From: Macrostomum lignano
Lineage: Eukaryota
Reading direction: 5' to 3'
Assembly: GCA_002269645.1 (NCBI GenBank)
Contig: NIVC01000654.1
Coordinates: 127,009-191,008, forward strand
Length of the DNA stretch: 64,000 bases
The notes beneath the pieces were generated by a model, which was not told the origin of the DNA, ran no database searches, and saw only the letters and a list, made by a program, of their open reading frames with translations. The first letter of the stretch is position 1, and each line of letters begins with the position of its first letter. Of this stretch, positions 1-11,239 are shown one piece after another. Both the position numbers and the translations under genes were made by a program.

Positions 1-1
1 G

Positions 2-314
2 CAGCCTGACGAGGCTAAAGAGGCTTTGGTTCCGCCAGTTTCCAACAATAAATCGAAGAAGCAGCCGGAAAAGAAGCCCAAAACTGAGGATAACAACAAT
101 CGGCCGGCCCGACGCGCCGCTGCTCAGCGAGCCAATGTCTCCCTGTCGGCCACGTCGATGTCGCAGGCTATCGACCAGTTTAATGCCGGCCTTGGTTTAG
201 GCGTTGCTGGCGACGAGCACAATGAGAAACGTCGACGTCCCGCTCCGACAATGCTTTCTAAGAAATCGAAGATTACAAAAACGACTCGCCAGCCGGAACC
301 GCAAGAGGATAAAG

Positions 315-351
<37 letters not shown>

Positions 352-1081
352 ACCGCAAGAGTCGGCGTTAGATGTAGATGAATCTGCATCGCCTGTGTGG
401 CGTTTCAACGACGCTCAATCGTCTACTTCGCCGCGCAAGTTTTTCTCAACAACATTCGCCGACCGGCGTCGCTCGGAAGCGAAGCGTCTGCTCACTGCCA
501 AAGAGCAGTTCGGCTACAAGCTCTATCATCTTAATCGGCCAGCTAATCCGTCCTTTAATGCCGTGCTAAAACCGACTCACAATCTAACCGATCCAGTCAT
601 GTCTAAGGTTGCCGGTCAGAAGAGTCGAAAGAGGAAACCGCAGCACAAAAATAGCGTCACTTTCTGTGCCGAAGAGGACGAGGAGGAGGCCGATCTGTTC
701 GCCGAGGTTAGGCCTCGTAAAACGGCCCGCCAGACTCCGCAGCGGCAACAACAGACACCAAAGATGCGTAAACAGCTGGACTATCTGACAATGATGCAGG
801 AGGACAATGATGCTGACGCAGACGAGGATCGCCGAATGCTGATGAACATCGAAGACGATGACGACGAAGTCGACAATGTCGATCGTGGGCGTCGACCGCG
901 GCAAAGTCGATTTGCCGGCCTGCCGAAACCGGACGCTGGCACCCTGTTTCGTATGGTTCGATTCCGTCGGAAATTAGTTAACCTGTTGGACCAGCTGGCG
1001 GCCGAGTATCCGCAGGTGGCCGAGGCGATCGGCCAGATTGAGAAGGGCGAAGTTCGCAGCGTTGACGAAGTTGTGCTTTAA
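2..1081 (+). CDS. 3' part of an unknown low-complexity protein (polyQ, acidic and basic tracts); frame is open to the left window edge
   Basis: Stop-free from base 2 (CAG CCT GAC GAG GCT AAA GAG GCT TTG...) to TAA 1079-1081. GC-rich sequence switches abruptly to a T-rich 3'UTR-like tract, with ATTAAA near 1173. NLS-like KRRRP and KSRKRK. No recognisable domain. Confidence 0.6.
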
Positions 1082-1508
1082 ACCAGCTGACTGTGGCATG
1101 GTTTTTTAAACATGAAACTTTTTTTTCTTCTGCTCGGCAGTTTATTATTCTTTTTTGTCTTCTAAAAGTGTCATTAAACATTGTCGCCATTTTGTTATTT
1201 TCACTGTCAATTGAGTAGTGTGTTCTGTAAATTGAATTTCAGTTTTTTTCTTTGTTGTCAGTTTTTTTGAAATTTTTATTTAGCTTTCTTTTGTTTTTTT
1301 TAGTTTTCTTCCTTCAAAAAATTTTTTGAAGGTGTGTGTTCCGTTTTCTTATACGTATTTTGTTCTTTGCAAAATACATTTTGCCCTCTATAGCTATTTC
1401 CATAAAGACCGATATGTAGCGAAAAAAACTTTCTAGCTAACTGTATGATCTAGGTCGAAATTACGAGCTCGTAATACCGCTGTCAAAATTTTCACCCTTA
1501 GTTCTATT

Positions 1509-1958
1509 TGAGCCGATATGTATCGAAAACAGTTATAACTTTAAATAGCTATCGGTTTGGATCAATGAGCCGATATGTATCAAAAACAGTTATAACTTTA
1601 AATAGCTATCAGTTTGGATCAATGAGCCGATATGTATCGAAAACAGTTATAACTTTAAATAGCTATCGGTTTAGATCAATGAGCCGATATGTATCGAAAA
1701 CATGCATAACTGCAAATAGCTATCGTTTTAGATCAATGAGCCGATATGTATCGAAAACATGCATAACTGCAAATAGCTACCAGTTTAGATCAATGAACCG
1801 ATGTGTATCGAAAGCATGCTTAACTGCAAATAGCTATCGGTTTAGATCAATGAGCCGATATGTATCGAAAACATGCATAACTGCAAATAGCTATCGGTTT
1901 AGATCAATGAGCCGATATGTATCGAAAACATGCTTAACTGCAAATAGCTATCAGTTTA
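1509..1958. repeat. 57-bp tandem repeat, ~8 copies
   Basis: TGAGCCGATATGTATCGAAAAC... recurs at 1509, 1566, 1623, 1680, etc. This explains ORF 1508..2080. Confidence 0.95.
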
Positions 1959-2545
1959 GGTTTAGCTTTGATTTAGATTTGGTCAATATAGCTCCTATCT
2001 TTTTTTCATTTATTTTTTGCTTCCATTCGAAGCATTGCGTCCCAATTTTTCTGAAAAGCGCTGCAGAAACAATTCAATGATTGTGTTTTTATAGTTTTTA
2101 TTATCGCCTCTGTTACCCAAATCTCTTGCAACAATTCAGACGGCCAAATTCTGTTTCTCTTTTGCATTTTTCATTTCTTTGTTAAACACGAAACAATTGT
2201 TCTGCATACCGATGCGTTTGCCTGAGCTGGCCTTCCCGTTTACCCTGTCAGTGTTGTCACAATTTTCTATTAATAAATACACCTGTGCCATCTTCTATTT
2301 CGTTTTGTTCCAGTCTTTTATTTAAAAAATTTGGCGCAATTTTCCAAAGCGCTTGACAAAAAATGAGAGAAAAACTTTTTGCCTTTTTTTACTTTACCAC
2401 TGTTAAAGCAACTATAAGTAGTACCGAGCGCGTTTTCTCCTCTAAACCTTTGTAGAAAGAATTGAAATTGTTACGTCACTTCAATTCTCAATTTATGTGC
2501 CAAAGCTTACGAAATATTTTGCCAAAGCCTACAACTAAATGTACC

Positions 2546-3303
2546 AGATTGCTGGGCGAGCCTCCCAGATCCTCAGTTGCTGGGCCAGCCTCCCAGATCC
2601 TCAGTTGCTGAGCCAGCCTCTCAGATTCTCAGTTGCTGGGCCAGCCTCCCAGATCCCCAGATGCTGAGCCAGCCTCTCAGATCCTCAGTTGCTGGACCAG
2701 CCTCCCAGATCCCAGATGCTGAGCCAGCCTCTCAGATCCTCAGTTGCTGGGCCAGCCTCCCAGATCCTCAGTTGCTGAGCCAGCCTCTCAGATTCTCAGT
2801 TGCTGAGCCAGCCTCCCAGATCCTCAGTTGCTGAGCCAGCCTCTCAGATTCTCAGTTGCTGGGCCAGCCTCCCAGATCCTCAGTTGCTGAGCCAGCCTCT
2901 CAGATTCTCAGTTGCTGGGCCAGCCTCCCAGATCCCCAGATGCTGAGCCAGCCTCTCAGATCCTCAGTTGCTGGACCAGCCTCCCAGATCCCCAGATGCT
3001 GAGCCAGCCTCTCAGATCCTCAGTTGCTGGGCCAGCCTCCCAGATCCTCAGTTGCTGAGCCAGCCTCTCAGATCCTCAGTTGCTGAGCCAGCCTCCCAGA
3101 TCCTCAGTTGCTGGGCCAGCCTCCCAGATCCTCAGTTGCTGGGCCAGCCTCTCAGATCCTCAGTTGCTGAGCCAGCCTCCCAGATCCTCAGTTGCTGGGC
3201 CAGCCTCCCAGATCCTCAGCTGCTGAGCCAGCCTCTCAGATCCTCAGTTGCTGAGCCAGCCTCCCAGATCCTCAGTTGCTGGGCCAGCCTCCCAGATCCC
3301 CAG
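2546..3303. repeat. 28-bp minisatellite (CAGTTGCTGRGCCAGCCTCYCAGATCCT), ~27 copies
   Basis: Direct inspection of the repeat unit. Confidence 0.95.
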
Positions 3304-3871
3304 TTTCTATTTGGCCTCTTCGAACAAAAGACGGCATAGCAGCAGCCGCCTCCTTAAAGATTCGTTTCCCCTTGCGGCCCGAAATATGAACTGCTTTTTA
3401 GCCTCATCATCCCAGCGTGTCCCAGCTGAAACCTAAGGCGGTTGCATTTCCTAGCATTTCCTAGAAATCCGATAGCGTGCGGCACGACGGGAGGAACCGC
3501 GGCAGCCAGCGGTATCCGGTTTTCGGATCGGAAGCTGCCTTCTTTCTTGAAGAAGCGGCAGCTGTTTCATTCGCTGCTCGAAGTCTTTCTTGCCAAAAGA
3601 ATGAGCATTGCCGGGTCGGGTTTTATTGGCTAGATGAATGATTTCGAATATCCGGCGTCTGTTGCGTGCTTGCTTGGCTGTCAGTTTCTGTCCTCACTAT
3701 GGGATAAATCTGTTTGCTCTTGTTTGCTTGTTGAAATTTTTGTGTCTGTCATTTTTTAGCCTCCTGCCGTTCTTTGTGGCTCGTGCAGAGAGATTCGATG
3801 GGGCATGAGTCTTACTCAGCTTTTAGTTTACTGAAGTGGCAATTCTGGCGAGTTAGGGGAATCGTCTTTGA

Positions 3872-4746
3872 CAATCGCCCCAGCTATATAAACCAGCTGG
3901 AGAATCGCCCCAGCTATATGAACCAGCTGGGGAATCGCCCCAGCTATATAAACCAGCTGGAGAATCGCCCCAGCTATATGAACCAGCTGAAGAATCGCCC
4001 AAGCTATATAAACCAGCTGGGGAATCGCCCCAGCTATATAAACCAGCTGGAGAATCGCCCCAATGATATAAACCAGCTGGAGAATCGCCCCAGCTATATA
4101 AACCAGCTGAAGAATCGCCCCAGCTATATAAACCAACTGGAGAATCGCCCCAATGATATAAACCAACTGGAGAATCGCCCCAATGATATAAACCAACTGG
4201 AGAATCGCCCCAGCTATATAAACCAGCTGGAGAATCGCCCCAGCTATATGAACCAGCTGGAGAATCGTTCCAATGATATAAACCAGCTGGAGAATCGTTC
4301 CAATGATATAAACCAGCTGGAGAATCGTTCCAATGATATAAACCAGCTGGAGAATCGCCCCAATGATATAAACCAGCTGGAGAATCACCCCAGCTTTATA
4401 AACCAGCTGGAGAATCACCCCAGCTATATAAACCAGCTGGAGAATCGCCCCAGCTATATGAACCAGCTGGAGAATCGCCCCAGCTATATAAACCAGCTGG
4501 AGAATCGCCCCAGCTATATAAACCAGCTGGAGAATCGCCCCAATGATATAAACCAGCTGGAGAATCGTTCCAATGATATAAACCAGATGGAGAATCACCC
4601 CAGCTTTATAAACCAGCTGGAGAATCGCCCCAGCTATATAAACCAGCTGGAGAATCGCCCCAATGATATAAACCAGCTGGAGAATCGTTCCAATGATATA
4701 AACCAGCTGGAGAATCGCCCCAGCTATATAAACCAGCTGGAGAATC
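3872..4746. repeat. 30-bp minisatellite (AATCGCCCCAGCTATATAAACCAGCTGGAG), ~29 copies
   Basis: Direct inspection. It produces the (NRPSYINQLE)n and antisense ORFs. Confidence 0.95.
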
Positions 4747-5321
4747 TTCCTTCAGGGAATTGACGATAAACTCAGTGCTGTCTAACTATTATAAAATTCG
4801 CATAGGCCTAAAGCTCCTGTGAGCATTCATTCATTATAATTTAGTAGCAGACGACCATTCAAGTCCCGATCGTACGCATGTGGCCATGCCACACCGTTCT
4901 GGGAATATTTTGAGATAAATATCTTGAGAGCAGTTAAAAAAGCGGCCGCTATTCTCTGCGTCCCCCCTCTCGCTCCAGTCGCCTTTCTCTCGGACTGGCT
5001 TAAGGGAGTGGTGGGGGGGAGAGGAGGTTAATTTTTCCATTACATGCTTCGATGCCCGCCGAGCCTATTCCTCAGGCCCATATAGCTAGCTATAGGGATC
5101 TTTCATTTCTGCCATCTATAAAGCTACACTACTATATGCTGATTCCCTCGGGGAGGGAAATCAATACCGACTTTTCATCGGCGGGTTATTTTCCCTTCGA
5201 TTGCAGACAGATCAAACACAGTTGCTGCAGTGAAAGATATTTCATTAAATTCTCTAGAATTTTTATTTCGAGTTTTTCTGAGCAAGGGACTCCTTTATCG
5301 TTTTTAGGATTCATAATTCCT

Positions 5322-6125
5322 CCCAAGCATCTCTTCTAATTTCCCTAAGCATCTCCTCCAATTCCCTCCAAGCATCTCCTCCAATTCCCTCCAAGCATCT
5401 CCTCCAATTCCCTCCAAGCATCTCCTCCAATTCCCTCCAAGCATCTTCTCCAATTCCCTCCAAGCATCTTCTCCAATTCCCTCCAAGCATCTTCTCCAAT
5501 TCCCTCCAAGCATCTCCTCCAATTCCCTCCAAGTGTCTCCTCCAATTCCCCTAAGCATCTCCTCCAATTCCCTCCAAGCATCTCCTCCAATTCCCCTAAG
5601 CATCTTCTCCAATTCCCTCCAAGCATCTTCTCCAATTTCCCTAAGCATCTCCTCCAATTCCCTCCAAGCATCTCCAATTCCCTCCAAGCGTCTCCTCCAA
5701 TTCCCTCTAAGCATCTCCTCCAATTCCCTCTAAGCATCTTCTCCAATTCCCCTAAGCATCTCCTCCAATTCCCTCTAAGCATCTTCTCCAATTCCCCTAA
5801 GCATCTTCTCCAATTCCCCTAAGCATCTCCTCCAATTCCCTCCAAGCATCTCCTCCAATTCTCTCCAAGCATCTCCTCCAATTCCCTCCAAGCATCTTTT
5901 CCAATTCCCCTAAGCATCTCCTTCAATTCCCTCCAAGCATCTCCTCCAATTCTCTCCAAGCATCTCCTCCAATTCCCTCCAAGCATCTCCTCCAATTCTC
6001 TCCAAGAATCTTCTCCAATTCCCCTAAGCATCTCCTCCAATTCCCCTAAGCATCTCCTCCAATTCCCCCAAGCATCTCCCCCATTTCCCCAAGCATCTCC
6101 AATTCCCTAAGAATCTCCTCTAATT
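5322..6125. repeat. 22/23-bp minisatellite (ATTCCCTCCAAGCATCTCCTCCA), ~35 copies
   Basis: Direct inspection. Confidence 0.95.
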
Positions 6126-6864
6126 TCTCCGTAAAAGTCTCCCACAATTATCTCTGAAAATCGCTGCCAATCCCTACGTAAAAGAGTATCCCAAAGTTTG
6201 CATCGCATAGGACTCTGTCATGACTGATTCATTTCAGAAAAAAACGTTCATTTACTATGAGAATCTATGATTTCCTAGACTCGATCTTCGCTTTCTTAGA
6301 AAACGATTAGCCAGAATAAGAATGTCAGTAAAGTTTTGTTGTACAATAACCGCAATCCAAGTTTCTAACTAACGCCGTCCCTGGCCTCCATGGCCGCTCG
6401 GCAATCCCAATCTGATCCCCGAGATCTTTGGCCGCGCAGCGATGCGTAATGCAGAATGCTCAAGCAGCCCGGCCCTATAAAATACTGGCTAAATCCCTAA
6501 TCCCTAATCCCACGATATCAACGCTTTTCATCTTCCCCGGATCGGCGCGAGTCGTCGCCGACTGCACCAGGAACTTCTCCGTTTCTCCCGCAGCCCGGTG
6601 CCTGGCACGCTTTCAATTAATATCCCCAGCTGAACGAATGGCAGTAAGTCATTCTTAGAAATTAATTTCCCTCGTAAAAAAATTTTATTTGCAAGAATGC
6701 AATACCCGGTCGGCTTTTTATCGCTGCTTTCAGCGGGAATGAAATTGTAGAATTTCTTTGCATATAATCTGCGTTTGATTATTATTGCGCTGTTTTATTC
6801 CATACATTTTTAGAGAAACTGCTTGAAATCTTTTGTGATTCCTTTGTTAAGATTGAAAACTGAT

Positions 6865-7108
6865 TTTCACAAACTTCACAAACTAGACTTCACAAACTAT
6901 AGACACTTCACAAACCACAGACACTTCACAAACCACAGACACTTCACAAACCACAGACACTTCACAAGCCACAGACACTTCACAAACCACAGACACTTCA
7001 CAAGCCACAGACACTTCACAAACCACAGACACTTCACAAACCACAGACACTTCACAAACCACAGACACTTCACAAACCACAGACACTTCACAAACCATAA
7101 ACACTTCA
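6865..7108. repeat. 18-bp minisatellite (CACAAACCACAGACACTT), ~13 copies
   Basis: Direct inspection. Confidence 0.95.
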
Positions 7109-7670
7109 GAAACTAACACATTTCACTGACAAGAAGGCATTTTATTTTAGATTTTACGTTGTAAAATGACACAGTGGAAACCAGTTTATATTTTGTGTCT
7201 ATTCAATCAGAAACGTGTAATTTGAATTCATATCGAGCGAACAGACAGCCGCTAGGTGCACAGTGAGAGAGTGGAGTGGTGAGTTACAGAAATCGATGCG
7301 GAATATATTACGAGTATATAGCTAGGCAGAAGTTGGCGACACGTGTCTGTGACTGCCATCTGTTGATGCCCCCTTCTGCTCATCACGCTTCGCTGGAGGC
7401 TGAGCAATAATCCCACATATAGCTCTCTCTTGCTCACTTTCTCTCCCATCTCAGCCAATGAAGCGGCATTCTGTGTCTCGATTTCCAATCAAATGAGTTG
7501 ACAGTCTGAATAATGGATATATATAGAGATATGGAATATGGGGACTTGAGCTGCGAGCTGGTCTGAGCTGATTTCGATCAAATTTCTTTTCACCTTTGTC
7601 TAAACCTACCGGTATTATTTTTATTATTATTATTATTACTATTTAATTACTATTATAAAATCGCTTCGCG

Positions 7671-7736
7671 ATGCAGTTGGACGAGCAGGCATGCGCTAGA
7701 TGCGGCATGCACATTGAGGATGCTTTCTTTCTCAAG
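7671..7736 (+). CDS. LMO1/3: LIM-domain-only protein, coding exon 1 (MQLDEQACARCGMHIEDAFFLK)
   Basis: Supplies the CxxC half of LIM1 that is missing from ORF 8719. It ends AAG|GTGAGT (phase-0 donor at 7737). There is an in-frame TAA at 7656 upstream of the ATG. Confidence 0.85.
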
Positions 7737-8035
7737 GTGAGTGCAATTACTTGGTATAGAATCGCCCAGTGAGATGTATCTGACTGGGTAGCAATCCCCA
7801 CTGAAGGATTGGAGTCACCTCAAGGGACGTCGGTAGGTTTTAACGAGCTAATTAGTAACTTAATTTTACTTTGTTACAAGTTACAAGTCGATTTTATTAT
7901 ATAAATACATACAGTATATTTCAGTAACGACAGCACCAAACTGCAAGCTAAAATCGACCATCAATCTAGTATTGGAGTCTGCAAGGATTAAGTCAGAAAA
8001 ATATTTGGGTAGTTGTCAATAGACCCTAAAGCACA

Positions 8036-8672
8036 AAAATTTTAAGCCAGCTAATCAATGCGGCTAAGGGGTAAAAAGAAAGCAAACACCTCGCTTTACT
8101 ATGAGGGTCATAAAAACATTCGAATGTGGTATCGGTCAGAAATTATTTCTGAGTCAGCCAATCAATCAGCAAGTGATGAGGGGTAGATAGAAATAGATAG
8201 ATGTTTCGCTTTTCTCGGGGAGTCATAAGCATGGGCCGGGGTGGGTGTCGATCGACCCCTGGCCAATAGTCTGCCCATTTCTGAGCCAACCAATCAGCAA
8301 GTGATGAGGGGTAGATATAAATATATAGATGTTTCGCTTTTCACGGGAAGTCATAAAAATGGGGTGGGTGACGATCGGCCCCGAGCCCCTAGCCCCAATC
8401 CATTTCTGAGCCAGCCAATCAGCAACTGATGAGGGGTAGATAGAAAGAGATAGATGTTTCTCTTGTCTCGGGGGTTATAAAACATAGGGTGGGTTTCGAT
8501 CGACCCCTAGCCCCTAAGCTCCGACCCATTTCTAAGCCAGCCAATCAGCAACTGATAAGGGGTAGATAGAAAGAGATAGATGTTTCTCTTGTCTCGGGGG
8601 TTATAAAACATGGGGTGGGTTTCGATCGACCCCTGGCTCCTAGCCCCACTCCATTCTGAGACAGCCAATCAG
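8036..8672. repeat. ~125-bp tandem repeat, ~5 copies, inside the LMO intron
   Basis: TTCTGAGCCAGCCAATCAGCAA.TGATGAGGGGTAGATAGAAA recurs near 8146, 8278, 8403, 8528 and 8653. Confidence 0.85.
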
Positions 8673-8715
8673 CGAATCGCTACGCTTCTACTACCCGCCA
8701 TCCGGACTCCAACAG

Positions 8716-9171
8716 GCCATGAACCAGCTGTGGCACGAGGACTGCCTTCGCTGTCACTGCTGCGACTGTCGCCTAGCCGAAGTTGGCACCTCGCTATTTG
8801 CCCGAGCCAATCTGCTGCTGTGCCGTCGAGACTATCTCCGTTTATTCGGCTGCACAGGCCTCTGCGCCGCCTGTCACAAGCACATACCGGCCTTCGAGAT
8901 GGTCATGCGAACTAGAGACAACAGCGTCTATCATTTGGAGTGCTTCTCCTGCCAGCACTGCGATCAGCGTTTCTGTGTCGGCGACCGGTACTATATTGTC
9001 GAGTCGCGAATTCTGTGCGAGCACGATTATGAAGAGCTGCAGCTGGCGATGGGTCCCCAAACCGGGCCGGGCAAGTTGGCGACGCCAACGACGAACCGGT
9101 TAGCGGCCTACGACGCGCTGAGTCAGTTAAAGCTGCAGACTGAGCAGCTGCTGCCGGCTGGGTCAGCTTGA
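8716..9171 (+). CDS. LMO1/3: LIM-domain-only protein, coding exon 2; spliced product ~173 aa with two LIM domains
   Basis: Acceptor CAACAG|GCC ATG at 8715/8716. [19 protein letters not shown]...[11 protein letters not shown] and [13 protein letters not shown]...[18 protein letters not shown] match the LMO1/LMO3/Beadex family. Confidence 0.92.
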   Translation, partial: AMNQLWHEDCLRCHCCDCRLAEVGTSLFARANLLLCRRDYLRLFGCTGLCAACHKHIPAFEMVMRTRDNSVYHLECFSCQHCDQRFCVGDRYYIVESRILCEHDYEELQLAMGPQTGPGKLATPTTNRLAAYDALSQLKLQTEQLLPAGSA

Positions 9172-9279
9172 CTTGCGCAGGCTGAGTGTACGGTGTGTAC
9201 ACGGGCAATGTAGCTCATATAGCGGCCCTTAGGCCCCTGTTGCTAATGACATGGCGCCTAATCCATGACAGCAGGTACA

Positions 9280-9408
9280 TGTAGCTAGTCTGACAGATAG
9301 CTAATCTGACAGGTAGCTAATCTGACAGGTAGCCAATCTGACAGGTAGCTAATCTGACAGGTAGCTAATCTGACAGGTAGCCAATCTGACAGGTAGCTAA
9401 ATCTGACG
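9280..9408. repeat. 16-bp minisatellite (TAGCTAATCTGACAGG), ~8 copies, downstream of LMO
   Basis: Direct inspection. Confidence 0.9.
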
Positions 9409-10135
9409 GCAAAGGTAAGCACACAGCTGTCAAGCATAATCAAAGTACCAATTTAACAGTTAGCCGGTTAGCCCAAGGCACCTATACATGTACATTTAAA
9501 ACTAGTGAAAACGCTGTCGTGGCATACAACGGCTCGTAACATATTCTTTTTCTGCGAGATCATTTTTGCTCTGTAAATACGAATTTTAACTTCACCAAAT
9601 ATGAACAATTCTGTACCCGAATGTCTGTTTCGTAAGATCGTCTGCTTGACTATTATTATTTCTTTTGTTTGAATCGATTTTAAAGGCGATTTAAAGTTGT
9701 TTAAATTGCAAAGCTAGCTGTTCCATATTGGTCTTCTTACATTCAAATAAAATTGGCATCCTAACTACGCTACTTAGTAGCTGTTGTTAGTAGAAAGCAT
9801 CACACTTGGCATTTAAAATCAAGCACGTTTTTGAGAAAAAAATTTAACTTTCAAAATTGTGAGGAGTTAAATAGTTTTCGTGTATATACATACATCCACA
9901 GGCATCATACTATAATTTTAGCCGTAGTTGGTTGAATTGAAAATTTTTACAAGTTTTTTTTACTAAATTACTACTACTTATATATAGTAAAGTACACTAC
10001 TTACACTTGAGGTTATTATTATTATTAGATTCCAACATTAAAGAAAATAAAATAAACGAAAATAAACAAAATGATCTAAATTTTTTAAGCTTAATCATAA
10101 AACGAGTCTCACATAATCGACCATTAAAAAAAATA

Positions 10136-10208
10136 TGCTTCGGCCCGGGCTCGAACCGGGGACCTTCTGTGTGTGAGACAGATGTGATAACCACTACACC
10201 ACCGAACC
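10136..10208 (-). tRNA. tRNA-Val(CAC)
   Basis: 73-nt cloverleaf GGTTCGG TGGTGTAGTGGTTATCACA TCTGT-CTCACAC-ACAGA AGGTC CCCGG-TTCGAGC-CCGGG CCGAAGC A. A and B boxes are present and a T8 Pol III terminator follows. One G2:G71 mismatch. Confidence 0.9.
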
Positions 10209-10424
10209 CTTACTTACGAAGGCGGCGTCTGCACAATTTAATCATGTATCCATAAGGTTTTAAATATCAGTAAGTAAGTAAAAAGTAAAGCTTTTAAATG
10301 TTTTACTGAACTGAGGCTACATTACTAAAGCTAGCTAAGACTATTGTTGATAATCGAATGCAAACACAGCAACACAGCACAGCACTAAACAAGATGAAAT
10401 TTTATGTAGCGTCTTAGTTAAGTA

Positions 10425-10455
10425 CTAGCAATCTAGTGCGGCCCCCCTTCGGGGC
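10425..10455 (-). mobile_element. Helitron-type 3' terminus (GC hairpin followed by CTAG|T)
   Basis: The minus strand reads GCCCCGAAGGGGGGC...CGCACTAGATTGCTAG|T, the same layout as the termini in the 15-41 kb nest. Confidence 0.45.
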
Positions 10456-10699
10456 GCCCAATAAGAAAGGAGCAAAAATAGTTCATGGAAAACAATAAAA
10501 AAACACATTTTCTTAAACACTAATTCCTTCTTCACATTTTAAAAATCACCTTATTCGTGTAAAATTGTCACGGACTAAGATGTTTGCAAAATTAAAAAAT
10601 CACTTTTTCTCTAAAATTAACAAACAGTCAACAAAATATCGTTTCCCTAAATAGAAAATATTCCCAAGACAGCAAGCAACCCCCTCCAAAAGTGAACAA

Positions 10700-11125
10700 T
10701 CGCAGATAGCAAGCATCCTCTAATGCTCATAGCAAGAATCACCACAGATAGCAAGCATCTGCAGATTAGCAAGCACCCCCCAGATATTATAGAAGCATCC
10801 ACCCAGATAGCAAGCATTCTGCAGATAGCAAGCACCCCCAGATATTATAGAAGCATTCTGCAGATAGCAAGCACCCCCAGATATTATAGAAGCATTCTGC
10901 AGATAGCAAGCACCCCCCAGATATTATAGAAGCATCCACCCAGATAGCAAGCATCCTGCAGATAGCAAGAATCCCTAAATAGCAAGCATCCTGCAGATAG
11001 CAAGAATCCCTGAATAGCAAGCATCCCTGGATAGAAAGAATCCCATGCATGTAGCCAGTACCCCCTCTCCCAAATAGCAAGTATCCCCCCTCGAGAGCAA
11101 GCATCCACGAGACAGCAAGTAGCTA
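10700..11125. repeat. degenerate GATAGCAAGCA-core repeat (about 20-40 bp periods)
   Basis: CAGATAGCAAGCACCCCCCAGATATTATAGAAGCATTCTG-type units. Confidence 0.8.
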
Positions 11126-11239
11126 GTGCAAATGTTACTTCCGCTAATGCAATAATCGCTTTCTCAGGTTGTGCAACAATCCACGTCTCAGCGAGCGCAA
11201 TAATCTCTTTTTTAGACAGCGCAGTAATCAGCTTCTCAG

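Noticed and set aside
1508-7119. Repetitive ORFs (SRYVSKT, NRPSYINQLE, GGNWRRCL, HRHFTN) as repeat proteins
   Set aside because: Each coincides exactly with a minisatellite, several frames and both strands are open, starts are often non-ATG, and there is no unique flanking coding sequence.
3305-7490. Possible minus-strand multi-exon gene in the unique segments between minisatellites (protein-like reads near 3310-3690, 4830-4930 and 7252-7488)
   Set aside because: I could not assemble consistent splice sites and frame, and I recognised no homology. Needs RNA-seq.
8420-8480. Hammerhead ribozyme in the 125-bp repeat (CTGATGA...GAAA, as in schistosome Sm-alpha satellites)
   Set aside because: Stem II cannot form (GGGGTAGATA, no G10.1-C11.1 pair), stem I does not pair, and the other copies read GTGATGA or CTGATAA.
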